From an uncultured Bacteroidales bacterium (GTDB lineage Bacteria; Bacteroidota; Bacteroidia; Bacteroidales; FEN-979), in contig CAIYES010000104.1 in assembly GCA_903925275.1 (NCBI GenBank), forward strand, positions 450-64,449: a stretch of DNA of 64,000 bases, in the 5' to 3' direction. The position numbers and the translations under genes are program-made. The first letter of the stretch is position 1; every line of letters starts with the position of its first letter. Below are positions 10,071 through 17,938 of this stretch, piece by piece. The notes under the pieces were generated by a model, which was given only the letters and a program-made list of their open reading frames with translations, ran no database searches and was not told the origin of the DNA.

Positions 10071-10151
10071 ATCTGCATTATCTGCATTGTCTGCATTGCC
10101 TGCATTGCCTGCATTGCTTGCATTGCTTGCATTGCTTGCATTGCTTGCATT
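10071..10151 (+). repeat. 9-bp tandem array B, 9 units NNYTGCATT (reverse complement of array A units)
   Basis: ATCTGCATT x2, GTCTGCATT, GCCTGCATT x2, GCTTGCATT x4. Starts 9 nt after the four-helix-bundle stop. Confidence 0.95.
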
Positions 10152-10167
10152 CATCCACTTGAAACCG

Positions 10168-10902
10168 TTAGTAAACTTTCACCTTCTGTTCCCCGTTCTT
10201 TTTAAAGGTTACGGTCTTAACGATTTTATTGTCCCTGTATTCGTCCTGTTTGGTGATCTCTTTTCTGCCGTTGTAAAAAAATGAAATTCTGTATTCACTT
10301 CCATGCAGGTAACTGTATTTTCTTCTGACGGTTTTATCATCGTTGTAGATTAAAAGATCCCCGTTGAATTTAGCTGAAATCAGCACTGTTGCGATCTCAA
10401 CAACAGCCAGGAACGGATCCATCCGGTATGTTGTAGTGCCCTGGTAAACAGCACCGTTATTCACCACATGTTGTGAAGTTAAAACTGTTTTTTCGTCATC
10501 AAACATGTTGTTTTCAAAGCTGTTTAAATGAAGTACCGTTTCCTCCGGAATGGGTTCTTTGGCACTTACTTCGGCCAGTTTCATTTTATTCCTGTACAGG
10601 GTCCACTTCAAGATACCTGTATCGGAATATTCTGTCAAACGACGCGGACTCCCATCCGGGTTATTGAATCTCCAAGTCCCAACCGGCCTTCCGGTACTGT
10701 CATACCAACTTTCAGCATAGATGGTTCCATTTGGAGAAAGGTCCACCCATTTGCCGGTTTTAACACCATTACTATAGTTTCCTGCACTTCTGAATTCTTT
10801 ATAGAACATTGTAGTATCCTGGTATAAAACAGCCTGAGAAAAAAGATTTTTTTCAGGAACAAACAGAACTGAAATTAAAAAAACCAGAAAAACATTTTTC
10901 AT
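10168..10902 (-). CDS. Secreted MORN-variant repeat protein (YwqK-like)
   Basis: Signal peptide MKNVFLVFLISVLFV. GKWVDLSPNGTIYAESWYDSTGRPVGTWRFNNPDG is MORN/YwqK-like. Start set at ATG 10902, because the listed MQTMQT extension is a translation of array C. Confidence 0.65.
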   Translation of the reverse strand: MKNVFLVFLISVLFVPEKNLFSQAVLYQDTTMFYKEFRSAGNYSNGVKTGKWVDLSPNGTIYAESWYDSTGRPVGTWRFNNPDGSPRRLTEYSDTGILKWTLYRNKMKLAEVSAKEPIPEETVLHLNSFENNMFDDEKTVLTSQHVVNNGAVYQGTTTYRMDPFLAVVEIATVLISAKFNGDLLIYNDDKTVRRKYSYLHGSEYRISFFYNGRKEITKQDEYRDNKIVKTVTFKKNGEQKVKVY

Positions 10903-10945
10903 AAAAAACCTCCTACATCTCTTGTATTTCCTGCATTCAATAATT

Positions 10946-11035
10946 TTCTGCATTTTCTGCATTGTCTGCATTGTTTGCATTGTCTGCATTGTCTGCATTG
11001 TCTGCATTGTCTGCATTGTCTGCATTGTCTGCATT
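10946..11035 (+). repeat. 9-bp tandem array C, 10 units (TTCTGCATT x2, GTCTGCATT, GTTTGCATT, GTCTGCATT x6)
   Basis: Read in register. Ends 2 nt from the stop codon of the 11038-12105 gene and lies upstream of the MORN gene start. Confidence 0.95.
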
Positions 11036-11037
11036 GG

Positions 11038-12105
11038 TTAATTCCCGGGTAATTGCGATATCATTTTCCGTGAAGGTTTATAGCGCCGCCAGAATTTATA
11101 TCGTGTAATGGAAGTAAAGTAAAAAAGTTGCCTGACGCCGGGAATCCGCAGCAAATAATGATAGATGCGGTAAGATACGACCATCACCACAAAAGTCAGT
11201 CCCCACCGGATAATTGTCAACACTACCTCCACCCAGCCATTGCCCGCCGGGATGGTGATGAACCTGTCGACAAATTGCCAGAACCACATCAGAAGCCAGA
11301 TGTTAAGCAGGCACATGATGCCGATGATGTACCCATGGGAAGTTTCAATGGCTCTTTTCGGGCAGTCGTTCATGCATCGCATGCAGCTTTCACATCGGTA
11401 TGACCAGAAAGGGCGGTTGTCAACAGTCAGAATAGCCTTTACCGGGCAGTTGTTGATGCAGAGGTCGCATTTGTCGCAGGCATTTGTCGCATAAAACGAT
11501 TTAGCCAGGATGAACCGCCCTACGAAAAAATAGCCGATGCTCACCGGCGAAACAAGTATATCCTGAATAATATCGCGGAACGCCGTGTAAACTTTTTTCC
11601 CACTGAGGATTTTTCCTGCAAAAGCAATGGTGATGCTTTTACAATGACTGTAAATTGATTCAACCACTTTTTCCTTCACCCCTGGATGGAAGGATATCCA
11701 GTTCGACGGCAGGTCGATGGAACGCAGTCCCACAATGCGGTATCCTTTCAGCAGGAGTATCAGCGATGAAAGCCAAAGGGCAAGCCCGCTCAATCCGGGA
11801 ACGAACCATTTTGATAGTTTAAGCCCGGCGCGGGTATTCATCAGGAAGACCCGGTTCCCCTTCGACCGCGGGAAACGGAAGATGAAGTACATCATGGCCG
11901 GTGGGTAGTTAAACCCGTGGGTGGGAGAGATAAAACCAACCAGCGAATTTGTCGGAGGTGGCTGGATATTTTTCCGGTCGATTTTCGCGATATCGATTGT
12001 TTCGGCCGTAATGTCGCGTTCCAGCGCAGTTTCGGCAAACCAGCGGGCCACGTTGCGGGCATTGCCGGTGCCGGAAAAGAAATAGATCGTGAGCTGTGAA
12101 GGCAT
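11038..12105 (-). CDS. EFR1-family flavodoxin-like / 2x[4Fe-4S] ferredoxin with C-terminal membrane helices
   Basis: Flavodoxin-like IYFFSGTGNARNVARWFAE. Two CxxCxxCxxxCP motifs (CDKCDLCINNCP, CESCMRCMNDCP). About three hydrophobic helices at the C-terminus. Confidence 0.75.
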   Translation of the reverse strand: MPSQLTIYFFSGTGNARNVARWFAETALERDITAETIDIAKIDRKNIQPPPTNSLVGFISPTHGFNYPPAMMYFIFRFPRSKGNRVFLMNTRAGLKLSKWFVPGLSGLALWLSSLILLLKGYRIVGLRSIDLPSNWISFHPGVKEKVVESIYSHCKSITIAFAGKILSGKKVYTAFRDIIQDILVSPVSIGYFFVGRFILAKSFYATNACDKCDLCINNCPVKAILTVDNRPFWSYRCESCMRCMNDCPKRAIETSHGYIIGIMCLLNIWLLMWFWQFVDRFITIPAGNGWVEVVLTIIRWGLTFVVMVVSYRIYHYLLRIPGVRQLFYFTSITRYKFWRRYKPSRKMISQLPGN

Positions 12106-12486
12106 AATGGAAGATTTTAATGGTTCCCATTTCTTTTTCAGGGAATAAAGGTAGAAAAAAGTTTTTCAATACATCGCATCCCCTGTCCACTTCGCTGCAA
12201 GGAAAAGTGGAATTCATACTCTATGAATGAGGGTTAGATTGTGGTGATTGATGCTTGATCAAAAAAAGGCAATCTGATCATCTCTGAAAGGATCAGAAAG
12301 TTCAAAAGAAGAATCAGAATTATGAATGAACAGCCATTTTTAATTGAAGCACATTCCATGACGTTTAGTAATTGAGCTAATTAACGAGAATTCAGCCAGT
12401 ATGATCTATTCAGAATTACCTTCTGCATTTTAACAATGCCAAATAATCACTTTGCGAGCCCATTTTGTCCCAGCATTCACAGCATT

Positions 12487-12639
12487 GCTTACATTGTCTG
12501 CATTGCCTGCATTTTCTGCATTTTCTGCATTGCCTACATTGCCTACATTGCCTACATTGCCTGCATTGCCTGCATTGCCTGCATTGCTTGCATTGCCTGC
12601 ATTGCTTGCATTGCCTGCATTGCTTGCATTGCCTGCATT
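12487..12639 (+). repeat. 9-bp tandem array D, 17 units G[CT][CT]T[GA]CATT / TTCTGCATT
   Basis: Read in register. Variant units occur in runs (GCCTACATT x3, GCCTGCATT x3, then alternating GCTTGCATT/GCCTGCATT). Lies ~160 nt upstream of nuoA. Confidence 0.95.
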
Positions 12640-12766
12640 GACAAATATCAACTCCACCTATGAGATATTACAGCACCCATATTGTAAGTGGCATTTAATC
12701 AAACAAATAACGATGAGATATATATGTTTTATGCTATATCCGGTTAGGTTATCTCAGATTAATTTT

Positions 12767-12774
12767 TAACTTTG
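12767..12774 (+). promoter_or_regulatory. Candidate -7 promoter box TAACTTTG for the nuo operon
   Basis: Exact TAnnTTTG match 27 nt upstream of the nuoA ATG. Confidence 0.4.
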
Positions 12775-12800
12775 CCGCCACGTCTGTTAAAAGATTCACT

Positions 12801-13151
12801 ATGAGTGCTGAAAGTCTTATACTTTTCTTTATCGTTGGAGCCTTTCTGGTGGGGTTCGCCATTGTGTTTTCCATCCTTGTCGCACCCACTTCGACCAATC
12901 CTTCAAAAGCCGAACCTTACGAATGCGGGATTCCTACCGAGGGGCTTACCTGGCTGCAATTCAACGTGGGGTATTATTTATTCGCCATCATCTTTCTGGT
13001 ATTCGATGTTGAAAGTGTATTTATTTTTCCATGGGCCGTGGTGATGAAAGAACTGGGAATGACTGCCTTTATTGAAATCGTCATTTTCTTTTTCGTTTTG
13101 GGACTTGGCCTGTTATATGCCTGGAAGAAAGGAGCTTTGAAATGGGAATAA
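12801..13151 (+). CDS. nuoA: NADH-quinone oxidoreductase subunit A
   Basis: 116 aa, 3 TM helices, EPYECGIP motif, first gene of the nuo cluster. Confidence 0.93.
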   Translation: MSAESLILFFIVGAFLVGFAIVFSILVAPTSTNPSKAEPYECGIPTEGLTWLQFNVGYYLFAIIFLVFDVESVFIFPWAVVMKELGMTAFIEIVIFFFVLGLGLLYAWKKGALKWE

Positions 13152-13693
13152 AAAACATGAAAGAGTCGGATTTCCGCGACAACGAAACCCTCGACCTGTT
13201 TAAGAAATCCGGTGGAAATATTTTTTTGACCACGGTTGATGCCATGATTGACTGGGGCCGTTCGAACTCCATCTGGCCGCTTACTTTTGCAACCAGTTGT
13301 TGCGGGATCGAAATGATGGCTGCCGGCGCTGCGCGTCACGATTTTGCCCGCTTCGGGATCGAAGTCTACCGTGCCTCTCCCCGGCAGGCCGACGTGATTG
13401 TGGTGGCCGGAACGATTGTAAACAAGATGGCGCCTGTACTCAAGCGGTTGTACGACCAGATGTCGGATCCCAAATATGTGATCGCCATGGGCGCCTGTGC
13501 TGTTTCAGGTGGCCCGTTTTTTTATAACACCTATCATGTGATCCGCGGCGTTGACCATGTGATCCCCGTCGATGTATATGTACCAGGCTGTCCGCCACGC
13601 CCCGAAGCCCTGCTTTACGGTGTGATGCAGCTCCAGCGTAAGATCAGGCTGGAAACAATGGCAAATCCAAGAAAAACCCAAGAATTAAAATAG
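13142..13693 (+). CDS. nuoB: NADH-quinone oxidoreductase subunit B
   Basis: N2-cluster cysteines in [18 protein letters not shown] and GCPPRPEAL. Overlaps nuoA by 10 nt. Confidence 0.96.
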   Translation: MGIKNMKESDFRDNETLDLFKKSGGNIFLTTVDAMIDWGRSNSIWPLTFATSCCGIEMMAAGAARHDFARFGIEVYRASPRQADVIVVAGTIVNKMAPVLKRLYDQMSDPKYVIAMGACAVSGGPFFYNTYHVIRGVDHVIPVDVYVPGCPPRPEALLYGVMQLQRKIRLETMANPRKTQELK

Positions 13694-13706
13694 ATAATTT
13701 CCCAAG

Positions 13707-14165
13707 ATGGATAATGCAGCATTGAAGGAGCGCATTCTGGGTCTGGTTCCCGACGCAGAATACCAGGAAAACAAGCAATTTCTTACCTTTATCATCCCGC
13801 CGGCAAAAATGTACGATCTGGCTGTCAAACTCAAAAATGAGGCTGACCTTGCATTCGATTTTCTCTTCTGCCTTACAGGCGTCGACATGGTGAAATTTCT
13901 TGAAGTGGTGTACCACCTCGAATCAACCACCCATCATCATCAGATTGAACTGAAAGTGCGTACGGAAGATCGTGAAAACGGCGCCGTCGACACGGTTTGT
14001 GACATCTGGAGAACCGCGGAATTTCTCGAACGGGAAGTTTTCGATCTGCTGGGCATCCGGTTCAGCAACCATCCCGACCTGCGGAGAATCTTTCTGGAAG
14101 ATGGCTGGGTAGGCCACCCGTTGCGCAAAGATTATGTTGATGAAGTTAACATCGTAGAATTTTAA
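13707..14165 (+). CDS. nuoC: NADH-quinone oxidoreductase subunit C
   Basis: EREVFDLLGIRFSNHPDLRRI is the canonical 30-kDa subunit motif. Confidence 0.93.
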   Translation: MDNAALKERILGLVPDAEYQENKQFLTFIIPPAKMYDLAVKLKNEADLAFDFLFCLTGVDMVKFLEVVYHLESTTHHHQIELKVRTEDRENGAVDTVCDIWRTAEFLEREVFDLLGIRFSNHPDLRRIFLEDGWVGHPLRKDYVDEVNIVEF

Positions 14166-14168
14166 GGT

Positions 14169-15296
14169 ATGAAAGAAATCATCAACCTGCCAGTCAAAAA
14201 CGTAGAGGAGGAGGAATACCATATTAATATGGGGCCTCAACACCCTTCCACCCACGGGGTGCTCCGGTTGGTCGTCTCTCTCCAGGGGGAGATCGTAAAA
14301 AGCCTGAAGCCCCATTGCGGCTATATCCACAGGGGTATCGAGAAGATGTGTGAAAAGGATACCTATCCCCAGATTATCCATCTTACCGACCGGATGGATT
14401 ACCTTTCGGCCCATATCAACAACCACGCTGTGTGTATGCTGGTTGAAAAAGCGCTCGAAGTAGAGGTTCCTGAGCGGGTGACATACATCCGCACCATCAT
14501 CGACGAGCTAAACCGCATCGCCTCCCATCAGCTTTGGTGGTGCAGTTTCGGAATGGACATGGGCGGACTGACCTGTTTTTTTTACGGTCTGCGCGACCGC
14601 GAAAAAATTCTCGACATTTTCGAAGAATCCTTCGGATCAAGGTTGCTTCACAGTTATTACACTCCGGGGGGACTGATGATGGACATTCACCCGGATTTCC
14701 AGAAAAACGTCAAGGCTTTCATCAAATATTTCCGCAAGAAAATCAAAGATTATGATGATCTGCTCACAGGCAATATCATCATGCAACTACGCACCAAAGG
14801 TGTTGGAATCCTTACAAAGGAAGACGCCATCAGTTATGGTGTTACGGGCCCTTCAGGCCGTGCCTCCGGTTTTGCCTGTGATGTGCGGAAACATCATCCG
14901 TATGGCGTTTACGATAAAACGGAGTTCAAAGAAATACTGGGAACCAAAGGCGACACCTTTGAACGCTACATGATGAGAATGCATGAAATGCTTGAATCCA
15001 TGAAGATCATCGAGCAACTCATCGACAACATCCCTGCAGGCGATTATAAGGCAAAGATGAAGGCGGTGATCAAACTGCCGGCAGGAGAGTATTTTCAACG
15101 GGTGGAGGCAGCCCGTGGCGAGTTAGGCGTTTATGTAGTGAGCGACGGCAATAAAAGCCCGTACCGCATGAAATTCCGCTCACCGAATTTTTCCAACCTG
15201 AGTGTGCTTGATCATATCAGCCGCGGTTGTAAAATTGCCGACCTGGTAGCCATCGGGGGTTCATTGGACTATGTTATTCCGGATATTGACAGATAA
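14169..15296 (+). CDS. nuoD: NADH-quinone oxidoreductase subunit D
   Basis: NMGPQHPSTHGVLRL; C-terminal IPDIDR. Confidence 0.96.
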   Translation: MKEIINLPVKNVEEEEYHINMGPQHPSTHGVLRLVVSLQGEIVKSLKPHCGYIHRGIEKMCEKDTYPQIIHLTDRMDYLSAHINNHAVCMLVEKALEVEVPERVTYIRTIIDELNRIASHQLWWCSFGMDMGGLTCFFYGLRDREKILDIFEESFGSRLLHSYYTPGGLMMDIHPDFQKNVKAFIKYFRKKIKDYDDLLTGNIIMQLRTKGVGILTKEDAISYGVTGPSGRASGFACDVRKHHPYGVYDKTEFKEILGTKGDTFERYMMRMHEMLESMKIIEQLIDNIPAGDYKAKMKAVIKLPAGEYFQRVEAARGELGVYVVSDGNKSPYRMKFRSPNFSNLSVLDHISRGCKIADLVAIGGSLDYVIPDIDR

Positions 15297-15308
15297 TAAA
15301 ATTTATCT

Positions 15309-16397
15309 ATGAACTTTAGTATTTACGACTTTACGTCATTCAACCAATGGATCGACAAATTCCTGTTCGACAACCTGCCGGCATTTTGGGCCATTGTCGT
15401 GGAAATGACCATTATCGGCCTGGTTGTCCTGCTTTTTTACGCCCTGGTCGGCCTCTTCCTTGTGTATGCCGAACGCAAGGTTTGCGCGTTTATGCAGAAC
15501 CGTGTCGGACCGAACCGTGTAGGGCCGTACGGGTTTTTTCAGACAATTGCCGACCTGTTCAAACTGCTCATGAAGGAACTGGTGTATATCAAGAATGCAG
15601 ACAGACTGCTGTTCAACATAGCACCATTTATCGTGATCATTGCATCATTCATGGCTATCGCGGCCATCCCGTTTGCAAAAGGGCTCCATGCCATTGATTT
15701 TGATATCGGTATCCTTTATGTGATTGCTGTATCCTCGCTGGGTGTTGTCGGAATCCTGCTTGCCGGCTGGTCGAGCAACAACAAATATTCACTCATCGGC
15801 GCCATGCGCTCCGGGGCACAGATCGTGAGTTATGAACTTTCGGTGGGGTTATCGCTCATTACCATCATCATCCTGGCCGGAACCATGCAGTTTTCTGCTA
15901 TCGTGGAAGGACAGGCCAATGGCTGGTTTATTTTCAAAGGACATATCCCGGCCTTTATCGCCTTCATTGTATTTCTCATCTCAAGTACTGCCGAAACCAA
16001 TCGTGGTCCCTTCGACCTGGCTGAAGCCGAATCGGAGTTGACAGCAGGGTTTCATACCGAATATTCAGGGATTAAGTTTGCTTTTTTCTTCCTGGCCGAA
16101 TACATGAATATGTTCATCGTGGCCTCCATTGCAGCTACCGTGTTTTGGGGCGGATGGATGCCATTCCACGTTGGCGGATGGGCAGGTTTCAACCACATCA
16201 TGGATTTCATCCCGCCGCTCGTGTGGTATTTCGGAAAAACCTTTTTTATCATCTGGATCATGATGTGGATTAAATGGACCTTCCCGAGGTTGAGGATCGA
16301 CCAGTTGTTGACCCTGGAATGGAAATACCTGTTGCCCATCAACCTGGTCAATATTCTTATCATGGCATTTATCGTATTAATGGGTTGGCATTTTTAG
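15309..16397 (+). CDS. nuoH: NADH-quinone oxidoreductase subunit H
   Basis: [22 protein letters not shown] and [21 protein letters not shown]. Confidence 0.96.
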   Translation: MNFSIYDFTSFNQWIDKFLFDNLPAFWAIVVEMTIIGLVVLLFYALVGLFLVYAERKVCAFMQNRVGPNRVGPYGFFQTIADLFKLLMKELVYIKNADRLLFNIAPFIVIIASFMAIAAIPFAKGLHAIDFDIGILYVIAVSSLGVVGILLAGWSSNNKYSLIGAMRSGAQIVSYELSVGLSLITIIILAGTMQFSAIVEGQANGWFIFKGHIPAFIAFIVFLISSTAETNRGPFDLAEAESELTAGFHTEYSGIKFAFFFLAEYMNMFIVASIAATVFWGGWMPFHVGGWAGFNHIMDFIPPLVWYFGKTFFIIWIMMWIKWTFPRLRIDQLLTLEWKYLLPINLVNILIMAFIVLMGWHF

Positions 16398-16403
16398 AAA
16401 ACT

Positions 16404-16886
16404 ATGAACAGCTTTTTCAAATACTTTACAGATATCTTCTACGCGGTTAAATCGCTCCTTACGGGGATGAAGGTGACCGGAAGATATTTCTTCAGCCCCT
16501 GGGAGATCGTAACCCAGCAGTACCCGGAAAACCGGAAGACCCTGAAAATGTACGACCGGTTCAAGGGGGAAGTGATCATGCCGCACAATGAACACAATGA
16601 ACATCGCTGTACCGGGTGCGGGATTTGTGAAACAGCTTGTCCGAATGGCTCTATCGAGATCCTCCAGGCAAAGATCGACATGCCCGACGGTAAAAAGAAA
16701 CGCATCATCGACAAACATATTTATCACCTTGATATGTGCACTTTTTGCGGGTTGTGTATCAAATCATGTCCCTCTGAGGCCATCGTCTGGGGACAGGAGT
16801 TTGAGCACGCCGTTTTCGATCGTTCAAAGCTGACCAAAATATTAAATAAACCCGGATCATCCATCATAAAAGATATTGTAGAATGA
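16404..16886 (+). CDS. nuoI: NADH-quinone oxidoreductase subunit I
   Basis: Two ferredoxin motifs, CTGCGICETACP and CTFCGLCIKSCP. Confidence 0.93.
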   Translation: MNSFFKYFTDIFYAVKSLLTGMKVTGRYFFSPWEIVTQQYPENRKTLKMYDRFKGEVIMPHNEHNEHRCTGCGICETACPNGSIEILQAKIDMPDGKKKRIIDKHIYHLDMCTFCGLCIKSCPSEAIVWGQEFEHAVFDRSKLTKILNKPGSSIIKDIVE

Positions 16887-17395
16887 CACCAAATCAATTG
16901 ATGTTTGCGATCTTTTCGGCAGTCATTATCATTTTTTCAATACTGACTGTGACCAGCCGGCGTATCCTTCGGGCGGCCACCTTCCTGTTGTTTGTGCTGG
17001 TAGCAACCGGCGGCATGTATTTCCTGCTGAGGTTTAACTTCCTGGCAGCCATACAGCTTACGCTATATGCCGGTGGCATTGTGGTACTGATCATCTTTTC
17101 AATCCTGCTTACCAGTCATATCGGGGAAAAACTTGAAAAACCGGGGTTGAAAAAAATAATCCCGGCCTTTGTGGCAGCAGGTGTTGGGGCAGTAGTTACC
17201 ATTTCAACCATTCTGCAGCATAATTTTCCGGTAGAAGTTATCTCAGGCAGTGAACGTACCGACATCCGTTTGATAGCGAAAAGCCTCATCAGTGTTGAGA
17301 AATTCGGATACGCCCTGCCTTTTGAAGTGATCAGCATCCTGTTGCTGGCCGCCATGGTGGGGGCCATCATCCTGGCAAAGAAACGTAAAGATTAA
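16883..17395 (+). CDS. nuoJ: NADH-quinone oxidoreductase subunit J
   Basis: 170-aa polytopic membrane protein in the conserved position. 4-nt overlap with nuoI. Confidence 0.88.
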   Translation: MTPNQLMFAIFSAVIIIFSILTVTSRRILRAATFLLFVLVATGGMYFLLRFNFLAAIQLTLYAGGIVVLIIFSILLTSHIGEKLEKPGLKKIIPAFVAAGVGAVVTISTILQHNFPVEVISGSERTDIRLIAKSLISVEKFGYALPFEVISILLLAAMVGAIILAKKRKD

Positions 17396-17416
17396 TTTAT
17401 TTAACACCAACACGAT

Positions 17417-17734
17417 ATGTTTGAAGGCGTTCCATTAACCTGGTTTTTAATCACCGGCACCATCATGTTCTTTGTCGGTATTTATGGATTTCTGGTCCGG
17501 AAAAACCTGATCACCATCCTCATGTCTACCGAATTGATCCTGAATTCGGTCAACATCAACTTTGTTGCTTTTAACAAAATCCTTTACCCGGATCATCTGG
17601 AGGGGATGTTCTTCAGCATTTTCATCATTGCCGTTGCAGCGGCGGAGGCATCGGTGGCCATTGCCATCATTATCAACATTTACCGCCGCCTCGTGAATAT
17701 CAATGTTGAGAAGATGGATGAAATGAAATATTAG
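17417..17734 (+). CDS. nuoK: NADH-quinone oxidoreductase subunit K
   Basis: 105 aa, 3 TM helices, STELILNSVNINFVAF. Confidence 0.92.
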   Translation: MFEGVPLTWFLITGTIMFFVGIYGFLVRKNLITILMSTELILNSVNINFVAFNKILYPDHLEGMFFSIFIIAVAAAEASVAIAIIINIYRRLVNINVEKMDEMKY

Positions 17735-17911
17735 GCAATAGGCAATAGGCAGTAGGCAATAGTTTGAGAACTAAATGTAATACCATAAGAGAAATGAAAT
17801 GTTAGGCAATAGGCATCAGGCAATAGGCAATAGTTTTTGAACCAAATGTAATACCATAAGAGAAATGAATAACAGTATTTTAAAACCCAATGCCTACTGC
17901 CTACTGCCTCA
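17734..17911. repeat. Composite repeat in the nuoK-nuoL spacer
   Basis: A ~77-bp tandem duplication carries GGCA[AG]TA heptamer arrays, plus an inverted heptamer array. GGCAATA-type x4 at 17734-17762 and x4 at 17805-17833. The block GAAATGAAAT[AG]TTAGGCAATAGG...AAATGTAATACCATAAGAGAAATGAA occurs twice. Inverted TGCCTAC x2-3 at 17891-17911. Confidence 0.9.
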
Positions 17912-17938
17912 TAGTTAAAAATCGTAAATAGTTATCAC

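Noticed and set aside
9578-12639. Could the tandem 9-mer arrays be a CRISPR array?
   Set aside because: The units are only 9 bp and directly abut with no unique spacers. No cas genes or leader are present. They are microsatellite-type arrays.
10087-12769. ORFs translated through the arrays (10087-10284, the MQTMQT extension to 11034, 12430-12657, 12436-12663, 12452-12769)
   Set aside because: Their periodic peptides (ALPALLALP, MQTMQT, NAGNAS, IACIAC) are simply all frames of the 9-bp repeat. ORFs occur on both strands and in several frames over the same DNA.
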